Positions 23,570-36,871 of a stretch of 64,000 bases of DNA are shown one piece after another. This DNA is from Raillietiella orientalis. Lineage: Eukaryota. Both the position numbers and the translations under genes were made by a program. The notes under the pieces are model-generated. The model saw nothing but the letters and a program-made list of their open reading frames with translations, did no database searches and was not told the origin of the DNA. The stretch is taken from positions 1,054,001-1,118,000 of the forward strand of contig JAYWIR010000011.1 in NCBI GenBank assembly GCA_036172245.1. The letters are read 5' to 3'. Numbering within the stretch: position 1 is the stretch's first letter; each line of letters starts with the position of its first letter.

Positions 23570-24450
23570 GGTCAGGCAAACGGAGTTTGGGTCACACACT
23601 CTTCCCGTACACGGAGTGCACGGCTCCCGCTGACCTGCAGACCTCGGTTTACAAAGGGGAAACCGCCTTATGCTGCCACTTAGGGAAGTGCACGGAAACG
23701 TCCAAACACAAGGGAGGGATCTCAAGCTCCTCAGAGAACACTTTCAAGAGTTCATCCCGCCAAAGCAGTCCTTGGTTTGAATACGGAGTACGGTTGCGGC
23801 GGCCATACCCCCTCTTCGAACAAGCTACCAGTTTTCTTCACCCCAGAGAACATGCAGGAGGATCTCCACCCTGCTGGCAGGCTACCGTTGTTCCGTTGCC
23901 CACGGGGCAGGCTCCACTGCTGCGGTGGGCGTGAGGTGTCTCGGTGCTGTTCCGCGTCACCGTCTCGTTCCGGAGACTGGGGCGCATGTTGCCCAGAATG
24001 ACCAAGTCCTCCTAAGCGTATAATTTCATGGGTTTCGCTCACATCTCGGAACAGCCCCTTTCCTCCAAGAGCCGTGAGGAGATAAGGGAGAGTGCTTCTC
24101 CAGCAGGAAAGCCACTTGCCGCCTCGTGGCAGCATCGAAGGCAAGTCTTTCACAGCCGCAGCATGGTGAAGAAACGGGACAGGTTGGACGCCACATGCCA
24201 GCTAGTGTTCTGCGGTCTGCTTGCAAAGGTTGCTCTCCAGAATTGCACTCGCAGTTCGACCTGGTTCCTCGTCGGAATGTCTGTTCCTTCTTCTCGATGC
24301 GGCACCAAACGTGCCCTGGACCTCACAGGTTGCCACAGGGCTTTCCTCAACGGATGATGGGCACGGAGCTTTGTTGTACTGACGTATGGACAAAAGAAAA
24401 AGCAGGAGCCGGAGGAGCAAGGCAACCAAAGTGTTCCAAATGACGACAGG
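23570..24450 (-). mobile_element. Decayed RLE-type (Utopia/NeSL-like) non-LTR element, 3' part
   Basis: Degenerate post-RT and CCHC-region peptides, heavily frameshifted. Confidence 0.4.
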
Positions 24451-24899
24451 CGAGAAGGTAAGCACGATTTCAGGAGGCGAATTTATTATAAAATTTTGTT
24501 CATAAAATTTTAATAATGAATGCCCCGGCAAATCCGGGTGATAAATTTCAATTTGCCATCAAGAAATGACAGAAGAGCCTTCCAACTCTTTGAAGTTAGA
24601 CAGCAAGTCGGGTCTACTGACACACTCCAAAGTACTTGAAGGACCTTCCTGAATAAATCCACAGTGGCTAGCGCTTCCTTGACGCTCCAACGGAGACGAC
24701 CACAGACTTCGTCCTCCAGAAGCACGTACCCGTCCTCCGACGGACCATCTCGAGGAAACGCATCAAGCGGCGACACTGGCCGTGAACGTGGGCGGCAAGA
24801 GAAGTAGGTTGTCCTTCTATGCCGCCACGGCAGGCGAGCAAAGGAGTGAGTTTGGTAGGTTAGCCAGAGTCAACCTACACGCCTTCAGCGCCAGACCCC

Positions 24900-27100
24900 A
24901 AAGAGGATTCTGAAGTGAATAGGGCTCGGCCTATGACCCTGCCTCATTCCCATGCCACAGAGGAGACTGCCAGTATCCTACACAGGACGCAGAGGACGCT
25001 AGAGACCTAACTGTGGTCCCGATCCTATCTCAAAACGAAGTTTCTGTTCTTGTGTTTTTTGGTTTCAGAACTGTTCCACTTTCTGCCGACTGCTGAAGCA
25101 GATTTTGGTGAACATGTTGAGACAGCTGGCGCGCAAATACACCAGTCGGCACCTCCAGCGCCCGAATCTTTTGAAAATCTGCGGAAGAAGCTTTTGGTGG
25201 ACGCAGTCGAACTCTTCGCGCAAATCGACTACGACTGTCCGATACCCCGATCGCTTGCACTTGCGTGCGATCTCGTGCGTCAGCCCTCATCAGAGCATCA
25301 GCTGCTTTGCCGCCCGCCCCATGGCAACTTCCTCTTGCGACCGAAGCCATATCGGGGATTCGGATAACCGAAACCCGATAACTACACCTCTGATGTGCAA
25401 AAGCATCCCCGCTGCTCGAGAGCGGGATGTGGGATGGAGTTTCCTAGCAGAAGAGCCCCCCATCATTAGCCCGCCAAAGAAGAAAGAAGGGAGGAGCAGT
25501 CTGAGTAGGCAATAAATATTGATGAAGTCATTGAGTTCCATCTAAAGAAGAAGAGGCAGAAATAGAGAAAGCTGCCCTTCGATGCTGCTCAACAACAGCA
25601 GAGGGATCCGTATGCAATCATCTAAATGAAATTGCAGATCTAAAACGATGGAAGCTAAAAGAAGAACATGAAGAAGAGAATCAAAAGGCCATCAATTTTG
25701 AAGATTCTTCGATTGCATTTGGGTCCCAACTGTGTGGCAGTTCCATCCCCGTCTTTCTCTCAACATTGCAGGAGTAACAGAAGAGCAGGCCGCTTTTCTC
25801 CGATCGAACTCTCCCGAGTCCATGTATCTGCAGCTGGATAAACTATTGAAACAGAACGTCGGCAGCAGAATCAAGAATCCTGCGAAGGTCGTCTGTCCAT
25901 CAAGTCTGCACGGGATTCCTCGACGGTTAAACTCCGTCTCGTCAGGGTCTTTGCCTATCCCTTGGGCATGGAGTGTGCCATGAGCTAAGAGCGTCCAAAA
26001 GCTTTGGCTGGTGTAACCAAAAAAGGCTGTTTGCAGATGAGCATCCTCTCAGCAAGCTGCAGCTGGTAATAAGATTCCCGATCTCCTGGCGCCCTACGAG
26101 GAGCCCGAGGAGGGGAAGATCAAATCAAAATGATGAAGGAAGCGCATGCAACGTCTATAACCTCTACAAAATCAAACTCGCCCACCAGCAGACCAATCGA
26201 GAGACATCCCGGGGAATCATGCAAAGGTGTCCGTTGAGCTCCCTACTGTTTGATACTTCGACCTAGCCGATTCACCGCGAGATGGGGACGAGATTCAAGC
26301 CGACTCGATGCCGGTATGCTCCAGAGACCTCGCCCTAATTGCCGACTCTGCACAGAAAACGGCAGAAGAGACCCGATCCTCTCCGATGCCACGTGATGAA
26401 GCTGACTTTCTCCCTCAGCCGCAAAGAAGGGTGTTCCATCGCAAGTGCCTCAGAAAGCGCGTCCAGCAACCTTTTCAGACGAAAAATCCGACTCCCGGCA
26501 TCTGACACAATGCCCACTTGCTGTTGCGAGCCGTTTATGGAACTGAACTATATTGGAAGGCCTAGCTCAGAAAGACGAGTTCGTGACCAAGCCGCAGACC
26601 CAGGTGGTCAGCGGATTCTTCTCCTCTCCCTCCCCCGGAAGAAAAAAAAAATTAACAGTTCATTTCGAAACTTTTGAGTTCTTTGGACTCCTTCGAAACC
26701 CAGGGTTTTGGCGTCCTGAAGGAGATTAGTCGGTCCAAGATCTGCAACGTGGTCAAGCAGTTCTAATCTGCCGGCAAGTCAGCACTTCCGTAGAGGGCGA
26801 ACGCCTGGAGGCTCAAGAAACCCGAACTCGATGCCAGCGTCTCCACCCACGGATAGCTGCTTCGAGATGGCCCTTCCTTCTCCGAGCCCTGCCACTTCAC
26901 TCCGAAAGAAGAGATCACGAAAAGGATCCTCACGCCACCCACCACGCGGACCCTCCCAGAGGTGGAAGGCTGCGGGGAAATCGGGATGCAGTGCTTCTGC
27001 ACAGGAAGCGCACCGAGCATTGGAGCAAGCGAAGATCCCGACCGAAGCGGAGGCGATGGGCTCCTCCGCTGACGGAAAGTCGCAGCTGGCAATAAAGTAA
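24900..27100 (+). mobile_element. Decayed Utopia/NeSL-like non-LTR retrotransposon reverse transcriptase
   Basis: RGIMQRCPLSSLLF..PI~GVKQGCPLSGLLF..PI; SRDLALIADS~ADDLVLLADS; EITKRILTPPT~post-RT KRI.R.PT motif. Confidence 0.7.
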
Positions 27101-27399
27101 GGATGGGAGGGTGGGGAGAAGCTGCCTACGACGGGAATGTGAGGTGGGAAATCGGTTCAGCAGGAATCACTGCGGCCAGTGCCATTCTCCGCACGTTCTC
27201 TCCTTTCTTGTTCACCTGCGAACTCCGATCGTAAATCCAAGCAAGCAGCTCTCCCGAGCCTACTGTTCGGCTGTCACCTGAGTAAGCCGGGGCGTTTCTT
27301 GAAGATCAGTAAACATACAACTGTTATGGTGGAGCATGGAGCCCTACCACGGCTGATCCTACAATTGGCCAGCCGGGTTTCCGGTGCGCAGACCGGCTG

Positions 27400-29640
27400 G
27401 GCTCATCTCAGCAGCGGAGGGGAATGAAAAAGATACAAAAAGAAAAATAAAATAAAAATAAATAGATAAAAACACTCTGGAGGTCCGGGGGCCACTTCAG
27501 ATGTTCCAATGGAACGTCCAGCCCCAAAAGTCCATGAGACGGGGTACTTGAGGTCCCAACATCCGTGAGCTGTCCTTTCCTCCACTCTCCCAGTTTTTTA
27601 CTCCTTACGGAGATGTCCGCACTCACCTCCCATCCGGTCTCCAGTGTGCTGCCCACATGTTCCCTGAAGGAGGGCAGAGCTGCGGCGAGGGAGGCTCGAA
27701 CCTGCTGCTTGAGGGACAAAAGGCAATGCACAAGATAGGAAGCGCTGCAGATGCGTGACGTGGGACGGGGGCACCGCCGCCCATGCATCATTAAACCATA
27801 ACGAGCGGACGGTTTCGCTTGTTCGTGCGGAGAATCGAGACCCCCTCGCGGACTGCACTGCCAAGGCAACACGCGGCAGATAGGCAACCGCACCTGGAGG
27901 ACGGGATGTTCCGGACTCCCAGCTGCAGGCACGCGCGCATCTCTTTCTTACAGAGGGAATCGCTGTTTCGGGGATGTCGCGAGGAGCATTTTGTCTGCTT
28001 CGAAAGCGGAAAAGATTGCAGGAGCGGAAGATGCTGAGGGATGATTGCTCGCTATGTGTCTCAGCAGCGCCAGCTCACGCCGTCGTCGGGGAACAACTAG
28101 AATCGCGAGTCGAACCGTTCTGGACTCTATCCCACAGGAACCGCAGAAGTAACTTCAGTTCCCAGGGTCGCCTAGCATTGGAGCACAGCAGAAATATCTA
28201 TTGGACGCATTCACCCTCCGGGAGACCCGAAAACCAGCTTTCGTTTCCATCCGTAAGAGGAGTTCCATGGAAACGGCGTTATGACTGTCTATAAAGTGGG
28301 AGGTTTAGCGTGCAGCCCCAGTGCATGGACGCGTAAACAAGACGCGGACTGGGAACCCGGACACCACAGACCAAGATTCGATTTTTACTCGGGTTCGCAC
28401 GGGCGTTTATTTTACACAAACTTAATACAGGATGCATTGTTGTTGGACTGGTGGTCCAACCACGCCCAATTTAGAGATCTGCTGGGTCGCCGGCACGCAG
28501 ACCAGAGCGGTCCACCACGGCAGCAGGGGGGGAAGAAAATAGAAGAAAACAAAAAATAAAAATAAATACAGTTTGTGGGGTACGGGTAGGGGTCACTGTC
28601 TGCTTGTGGCAGTCCGGTCCATCCTCTCCAGGATGTCGGCAAGGTCTAACTGCATGTTTACATCCAGGTGAGGCCATCGCGTCGCCATCCTAATGAATTG
28701 GATGGCGAAATGGATGGCATCCCTATCGCTGGGGTCCTACCATTGCTTTGCTCCAGGCTGAGACGATCCCGGTAGGCAGCACAAGGCTGCAAGGGAGACC
28801 GCTGGACGAAAGGCGTCTCGAACGGAGAGGGGTTTTAAAGCGTCCCTGGAGTTGCCTGCGGGGTCCCAAGGGCCGCGGCAAAGCGTTCCCAGAAGGGCCA
28901 CAGTCCACAAACCGGTGAAGGAGGGATTCGTGTACCCGCACCTGACACAGTTCGGGTCCACACCTCCCCGCGTCCAGTGATGACGGCGGATGTTGCGTGG
29001 GAAACCCCAATGCAGTACCAACAGCTCCGACTGCTGCTACTTCATGGGGAGGGTGCAGTTGTCCATGAGCACAGGGGGCCACTTCAGGTGTTCCACCGGA
29101 AAATCAGCAGCTCGCTCCAGCGCAAGAGTCCGTGGGGCGTGTACTCAGGGTCACAGCGTCGGTGAGCTGACCCATCTTCCACTCTCCCAGTCCTTTCTCT
29201 TCCGGAGATGTGGGCTTTAACTTCCCATTTCACAGTGCTGCTGCTCAGGTGTTCCCTAAGGGAGGGCATCGCTGAAGAGAAGGAAGTTCTTCCTGCCCAC
29301 GCTCTTTTTCCGGGATCCTCCAGGATCTCTCGGAGCGTGCAACGGTTGTTGCGCACGAACAGGAACCAGAGCACCTGTTCCGTGCTTTGCTCCTAAATCC
29401 TCGCCCACGTGCGAACGGTTTCCTGTAGCCAGGCGCTACCGTTCGCTGGGAGGCAGGAGATCCATCCCGAGTTCTTCCTCGTAATACCTTCCTCGTTCAC
29501 CTCGTCCCACCTTGAGCACCCTCCGAAGCTCCAGCCCTCTCCAGCGTCAGGTGGCCGAGGCCACCGTCCCGACGCGGAGCTCACAAGTCCTTCAAGCGGA
29601 CTCGGGAGCTCCCTTTTCCCCAAAGGTGATCCTCAGGAGG
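27400..29640 (-). mobile_element. Two related decayed N-terminal (zinc-finger) fragments of RLE non-LTR elements plus a Tx1-like 3' end
   Basis: 27485-27680 and 29075-29270 are similar direct copies (..VEHLKWPP..). CVRCGY zinc-finger-like peptide at ~28940. The LINE 3'-end motif is at 28600-28720. Confidence 0.45.
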
Positions 29641-29999
29641 TCCTTCGTCCTGTTCTTACTTCTCTGGTTTGGGGAGCAAGAAAAAAAGCAGTAGCGGAGG
29701 AGGGGGGGCACAAAAGTGTTCCACACCGCGGTCCGTTCCGGCAGGTAAAATCTGCCTCCTTGGAACGAGACGATCGCCAACTCTGCTCTCTGGGCAGGCC
29801 AAGATTCGACGAAGACCGGCAGCAGCGCCGACGTCCAGAACTCGGATATCGACTGCGATCTGCGAATATCCCTCTCGGGATATCCTCCGAATATTCCGGG
29901 ATTTTTTTTCTTTCTTAGATTCAGTATCATGGGATGATTTTCTCGTCGAAAAGGCTCGTGCTCGGACTTAGATAGCCCGAGCGGCAGGATTTTCGAAAA

Positions 30000-32900
30000 C
30001 TACGAGCAGCCTAGAACAGTCCATAGAGAGGAGACTGCGGAAAGAGTGGAAAACTCCCCCCCTCCTTTATTCCTGCCTTTGGATGAAGGAACATCCCGTC
30101 GACATGGGGAGCGTCCTCATCCACGGGCACCGCACTCGGAGAGGTGAGCGTCAAAAGAAAAGCGAACTCCCGCCCCCCCAGGAGCGCACGAACCCGCCCT
30201 ACCGCCGGCATCGACTCCTTTTCCGCTCCTCTTTCGACCTCCATGGCTTCCCGCTTGGGTGTTGCGCGTGACTTTCGGGAGGGATGTTCCCCGCCTTCCT
30301 GCAAGCTGGGAAGAGCGCAGGGCTTCCGCCAATGCGCGCCTCTCCTTGCCGTCGCGCGCAACCCGCCGATGGTTCCGGAAGGCGTTGGTGATGCAGGCGG
30401 GCAAGAAGGCGGGGAGCACGGCCGAGAACAAGAGAGACTGCGCTCCCGGCAACTTGAGGATTCCGTTTTCGCGGGCTACCCTCCGGTGCTGACGTCGAGC
30501 TAACCACTCCTGATAGGCGAAGCCTCCCGTTCCAGCCTCGTCGACAAGGGTCCAAACGAAGGGGGGGGGGGGGAAATATGGCGGATTCCTGTTCGCTCTC
30601 CCGGCGAAGGCGCTCCAGTCTCATTCCCTGCAGGTTTCAGGGCGTTCGCCAGCTGTCCCCAGGCGACAGGTCGAGTTTGCCGGAGTCCGAGGGCGGAGCA
30701 GGAGAGGCTCGCGGTCCGCTCACGCTCTGCTGTTCCGTTTTTCACCCGGTCACGCAAAGGTGGCGTCTCCCCTTGGCTCTCACCCTCCTGAAAAGCGCTG
30801 GAAGCTGCGAAGGATTCGCATCCGTCTCCTCTCACGCAACCTCAGGTGAGAGCAAAAAGGAAACGCGGAATCGCCCGACCGCGTTGCTGGCGGAGAAACA
30901 CGAGTGGCCATCCCGCCACCCACTGAACAGGAATGAGTGGTGGCGGCGGGAGGAATCACTGGAAACATGGAGCCAGGGAGAAAATTGGACCCTCCCGAAC
31001 AGCAGCAACAGCACTATCATTCGGGAACCTCTCCCCTCCCCCCTGCAGAGATACCGAACGACGCTCCCCAGAGTGTGACCTTCGAGGATGCCATGGATCC
31101 CTTGCTCCATCATCGGGATCGGGAGCAAGAGCATCCTCTTGCATCGTCGGAGGTGAACTGCCGTATCTCCGGGGACTCGCCAGACCCATTGGCCGGTGGG
31201 AAGCCTTCCGCCTGGCGATCGAGGTTACTCCCAAAGTCCCCAGCTCATGATCTCCAGAGACAGATGGGATTTCCTGGGAAAGTTTTTCGTGATTCCGTGC
31301 TTCCCGGCCCACTCCTTCTCCGGTACCGGCAGACCGCCATTTTGCTGGTGCCCTGGGCACTCCTCCGAAACGAAGCACGCCGCCGCCACGGCCTCACCGA
31401 GGAGAGCGCTGAGGGATAGCGGAGTCGCTCCCGCTCAGTGCTGCTGGAACGCGGAAGGCTGCCCACCGGAGCATGGATGGGAGCGCGCATCTCGGTGGGG
31501 ACGCTTCGGTTCCACCACGTCCGTCCCTTGATAGAGATGTCCACGTCGCAAGGGCTTGCCGGCCGCCTCTTCGCTGACGCTGCCACCTATAAGCAACGGT
31601 GGCTGACAAAATGGAGGGGGGGGGCAGGAGAAAGAGGAATGCGACCGGGAGGCCTCCCGCCATCGCAGCCGTTCACACGCGAAGGACCGTAAAATGACCC
31701 GGCCCGGGTCGCGCAGGGGTCGCAAGGGAGCCTTCGAGAGCTCCCGAGCAGCAGACTAACCCAAAACCGGTGAGAACTCAGGCCCTCGGCAATTAAGTGG
31801 AGTACTGTGAGACAGGACCAATCCACTGTTCCCTATTTATTTATTTATCCACTGTCCCCTTTCTTCACTCCCTCCCTCCTTTGCCTTCACTCCTTCCTAT
31901 TTCTGTGCCCTGAGAGGGCAGAACTTTCCCGTCCTCATGGCTACGCAGGCTGATTTATTTATTTTAAACAAATGGCCCCGGTCATTTGGGATGAGATCAC
32001 GCAGGAGTTTTTCACTTTCCGGAAAAAGGCGACATGCGAACGACCGGAAAACGAGTTTCCCGGGGAAGCGAAACGGAAGTCCGTGGGAAGGGTTCACCGG
32101 CACGCAGGTCGGTCGGTCTCGGGGGTAGTCCGGAGAGCAAGAAAAGGGGGACAATAAAAAAATAAATGAATGGGTGGAAAGGAGGGCAGCCACAGGGAGT
32201 CCTTTGGTGAGGAGCCCCCCCTTCCTGCTGCCGGTGCCGGACGCAAGCCGATCCCCCGCCGGCGACTTTCCGCTCGCCGGCGGCGGTACCTCCGGCAGAG
32301 TGACACGCGGATTCTCGGAGGAACCGGAGTCACTTGGAAAGTGGGCACCCAGGTTTTCCCACGGTCTGCCGCCGCCGTTGCCGCCTCGTCGTCGGCACGG
32401 GAAACTGCAAGAGGATGCCCCGCAGCAGCAAGCGGTTCCTTTTCTTTTTCTTTTCTTTTCTTTTTTTATAAACAAACGCCTCAGGACCCTGACACTGCGG
32501 GAGAATCTTCAAGAAGCCTTGAGTCTCTTCCAATCGCCCTCTTGGGATGATTCGCGCTGCGAATGTGGCACCTGCTCCCCCTCCTTACTTCTGGAAGGAT
32601 TCCCGGAGAACCCTCTGCTACTGCTGGGGTCGGGCGGAACACGTCAAGGCGCGGTACCACCACGCTCCTTCGCCCTCCCTCTCCAGTACCGGCAGACCGC
32701 TGCCATCTTGCTGGCGCAACGGGCACTCTCCCAAAACGAGGTACGCCGCCATCGCACCTCATCGGGAGAAGGGAGGGAGTGACCTTCGAGGATGCACGCC
32801 TTTCGCGCCCTGCTGCCAGGCCAGGGCACAACGACACGCTCGCCGCATTCCCTACGGGCGAGCTTTCGTCCCCCCCCCCCTTTTCCTCACCATTGGACCC

Positions 32901-34600
32901 GGGGAAGTGCGAGTTCAAACTGCAGCAAGCGCGTCGAAAGAGAGTCCTTCCCGCACCTGCTCATTGATTGTGTTGCCTTCCGTCCTTTGTTTTGCCCCGA
33001 GGGCAGCCCCAGAAACCTTCTGAAGCGCCGCTTCTTTTGCGACGCCCCCACTTTGGCCGCATCCCTAGCAGCACTGTGCTGCCCATGAGACGGAAACATG
33101 TGGCTGCACAGAGCAACGCAGGAAGCCAGGACGACAGGGACGTCATCTGTTTTGCCTTCCTCTTTATGAGGATCGCGTCAAGATGGCCTCATCTGGGAGT
33201 CCTAAAACAGGAACTTGCCGGCATCCTGGCAAGGATGCAGAGGGCGCCCCTCCAGCACCTGGGGATCCCTTCCCGAACCCTCTTGTATTTTTTCGTACAT
33301 ATTTCTTTCCCCCCCCCCCCCCCCTCCCTCCCTGCTGCCGAGCCGAACTTCGCCGGCCTGCGCGCCGGTCCTCGGCAGGTTCCCATGGTTACATTTGTAA
33401 CGTGGCGGGAAGAAGCGTCCTGCCACTTACTGACTTGTAGGTTCATTTTTTGCATAAATAAACGCCCCGGTTCAGGCAGGAGGCAATCCCCCGCTTTCCA
33501 GATGGGGTGCTTTCCGTCGCACGACCCTCCCCTCGCCTCCCCGGGGAAGCACGGACTTCTTTCTGGCGAGTGTTGCCCGGACGAACTGGTAGGTTCTTTG
33601 CCTTCCCTTCGCCTCTTCCTAGAAAGGACCTGGAAAGAGCGAGCCCGCCACCCCAGTAAGAGCACTCGTTCGGAGACCACGGCGTTTCCGACTCTCCCCT
33701 TTTTCTTTTTTTTTTTGCTTCTCTCTCCCTCTCTCTCTCTCTCCCCTTTCTGGCCTGCGCCGCAAGCGCGCCAACGCTTTCCGGCATGGCGCTTTTACGT
33801 GTTCCGCCCGACTCCAGCAACGGCAGCGGGATCTCCGGAAATCCTTCCGGAAGGAAGGGGGGGGGACGCAGGTGTCACATTCGTAGCGCAAATCACCCCA
33901 AGAGAGCGATCGGAAGACACTTAAGGCTTCTTGCAAGTTCTCCCGCCGTGTCAGACCCCCGAGGCGTTTGTTTATATAAAAGAAAAAAACAAAAAAAGGA
34001 AAGAAAACATCCAAAAAGAGGGAGCGGAGCTTCTCGTCAATCCAAAGGCAAAAAAAAGTCCAGCCGAGAGGACTGGCGAGACTCCCAGGTCAGCTCCAGG
34101 AATCGTCCGGAGCAATGGCGGGAAAGAATAAATAAATCCTTGAAAGAACCGGGACAGGAAACTCCAGGTTTGCTGCTCCAGCTCTGGAGCCTCTTCAAGA
34201 TGCTGGCGACCCCCGCGGCAACTTCCTATCTCAGCTGGGGTCACCCTGCGCGCCTTTTCAATGAAGGAGGCAGCGGCATAGGTGGCCTTCCGTTGCCCGG
34301 CTCCGGCGAGCGGCGGACCGGCCGGGAAACCGCAGACGCGGCCCGGTGCGTGCGATCACGTGGGACCCCCCTCGAGAGGGAGCAACCGATGCGGCAATTC
34401 AGCCGAACTTGTCCTCAGGATGCAAAGGCGCTGAAGCGCCAGCAGGTGCGGGAGAGGCTCGATCGGGGCTGGAGGCATTCCGATCGGACCCCTCCCCCTC
34501 GAAATCGAAGGCGGAAAGGTTTATCCCGAGGAAGACTCCAGTGGAAAAGGAGAGCCCACCTCGTGCTGTTACCTGAGGGAAAACGCGGAAGCGTCCACCA
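30000..34600. mobile_element. GC-rich cluster of decayed Tx1/L1-like LINE 3' fragments in both orientations
   Basis: Repeated YRQTA.ILL...AL..NE.RR motif (31320, 32685), YFWKDSRRTL, the family end FLFMRIASRWPHLGVLKQELAGILARMQR (33160-33260), and TTTATT..TGTCCCCT 3' UTR motifs. Confidence 0.55.
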
Positions 34601-34689
34601 CGAGGGGGAAGGAGTAGAAAGTTCTTCCGGAGGACAGGAAAGGGGGGGGGGGGAGAGGCACATCTCAAGCTCAGACCACACACGAATCA

Positions 34690-35450
34690 TTCAGTTCGTC
34701 TGGATGCGAGGAGCGGCTGCGTTGATCTTGACCAGCTCTCCCGACGGGCATCCGACGAGGAGTTTCTCCACTCCTGCAGCCGTGAAGTCGGTCTCCATCG
34801 AGCTCCCCGCGATCGCAGGATAAGAAGACCCGCCATAGTCCTTGAATGCTTCCAGTCCCCCAGCGTCTTCCTCATCTTCATTCAGATGTGAAGGATGGAA
34901 GCCGGTAACCCGGCAACCGGATCTGCAGACTTCTGCATGCAATGCTGTCATGTCCGGCGGAAGAGTTCTCTGTCCCGTTCATGAGGCGCGCGCTGCTTCT
35001 CCGACCTCATATGGCGAGAGATCGAAGAGAGAGAGAAGGGACCCACCATGCCTTTCGTCGCACTCCTGGAGCGGAGTGGGGCCTACCTGAGCCGCGGACC
35101 CAAAATTGTTCAGGAAAGCGTTCCCTCACAGTGGGAACCGGCACGTGATGTCGAGTCCCCATGCGTCCAAAAATAGATTCTTATCTCCTTTCTGCTCCGA
35201 CGCAAACTTGGAATTCCGGGGGCGTTTATCGGACCAACCTCTTTCCGTCGGGGCACCTGCCGAGGTGGTCTCACGCTGAGAGCGTCCTGGATTGGTTCCA
35301 TCATCTGGGGCAGTCGTCGTGCCCCAAGTAGGTCCCAGCGCGCAGGTTCGGATTCCGACTTTTCCTGAAGACCAGCCATCTCTTTCGCGAATTGGGAGGG
35401 GAGAGACGTGTCCCTTCTTTTCCTTTTCTGTGATGAATGGAGTTGCATGG
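34690..35450 (-). pseudogene. EVE: third orthomyxovirus NP-like fragment (N-terminal half)
   Basis: ORF 35110-35550: PIQDALSV~LIQNSLTI, RRKEVGPI~PKKTGGPI, RKEIRIYFWTHGDSTSRAG~[20 protein letters not shown]. Downstream LLILRS~ALILRG and DFTAAGVEKLLVG~DFEREGYSLVG. Confidence 0.55.
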
Positions 35451-35735
35451 GCTCCTTCGGAGAGCCCGCTTCAGGTGTTGGTTTTACTTGCGAGGTGACG
35501 CGGCTTCCATAGCTTTTCACGGCTGTCCTCGACGGAGATGAGAGGCGCATCCCTTATCTAGGAGTCTCGCTCCTCCTTCACTCACTTTTCCTGGAAGAGC
35601 ATCAGTACCGTTTGACTTGATTACGGGCAACCCGCAGAGCCTCCCTTGGACGGATGCTTGGGGTGCTCTCCGAGATCCACCGAGCTGCCGCGGTGGGCAG
35701 AACTCTGCTTCCAGATCACGCGATGCCTCAGAAAT
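35450..35735 (-). pseudogene. EVE: orthomyxovirus PA-like, part downstream of the MITE
   Basis: RDLEAEF~KDMTKEF and DLGEHPK~PIGESPK continue directly from WGWESRR once the MITE is removed. Confidence 0.6.
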
Positions 35736-36871
35736 GGTCCTCGGCTCGAAATCCCGAACGCCCAAAGTCCGAAAATCAAAATACCAAACGGACAAAATCC
35801 CCAAAGATAGTAAAAATGAATACATATGTTTATTATTAACATATTGACGTATAGATTGATATCTAAATTGATTAAAATATATCATAAAGTTTATAAAAAA
35901 TAAAAATATATATGTATTTATGTATACATTAATATGCAAAGTTCATTTTCACATATGTATTCATTAATGTTTATTAGCAGGCATTTTATTAATTGTGATG
36001 TTTGAAGATATGTATACATATCAACATGCGTATTAATGATATGTTTGTTATATATATATCAATACATAGATAGGTAGGTAGAATCATAAATGGATGGGAA
36101 TTTATTGTTAACATTACTAAAAAAATAAATATATAGGTATATTATGTACATTAATGCATATTTATTTATGTAATGAATATGTACATTGAACGAATATATG
36201 AGTAACGAACTAAAAAAATCAAGAAAGCAAAAAAGATATTTGGTATTTCGTTTTCCTGTCATTTTCAACACTCAATGAACGACATTTCCTCAGGGAATGG
36301 CGAATTTCATTTTCGGGATTTCGATCGTTCCTTAAATACATATGTGTACAATCCGACATGCACACGTTTCATTTCATGTATGTTTATTGCATGTATGTAT
36401 AAATTTATAGTATAAACACATACATTCTTGTAACCTCAAGCGTGCATTTTGATAGTATATATTCATACATATTATTAATTATATTAATAAATAGGTGTGT
36501 TAAAATGAATTTGTATATTCATCTAGATATAAACACACATATCAATATACATCAAAGGTATATTTATTCATTTTTCTTACTCTTTATAACATACATTGAT
36601 CTGCATATTAATCTATTTTTAAAAATATGCATTCAACATAGTATTAATTATATGAATATCTAAAATAAGCATTTATGAATATATTATCCTTTTAATAAAA
36701 CGTATTAATCTATGTATAACTATACATATATATATATATGTATATAATGAACATATGTATGCATTTTTTAAAATCTTTACACTGATAATCTATACACAAA
36801 TTTTCATATCAATATATGTAATGAACACGTGTATTTACTTTTAAGATCGTTCGGGATTTTGATCGGCACAG
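35736..36871. mobile_element. Mutator-like MITE (1136 bp, very AT-rich)
   Basis: Inverted termini GCTCGAAATCCCGAACG (35744-35760) and CGTTCGGGATTTTGATC (36848-36864). Perfect 9-bp target-site duplication CTCAGAAAT (35727-35735 / 36872-36880). Confidence 0.85.

Noticed and set aside
29400..34823. Long ORFs in the track (e.g. 32968-33924, 33786-34823) as genes
   Set aside because: They overlap in all frames in GC-rich decayed LINE fragments, run through homopolymer tracts and have low-complexity R/S/P/G translations.
35810..36840. ORFs in the AT-rich tract
   Set aside because: Low-complexity MITE interior giving I/Y/N/F-rich spurious translations.
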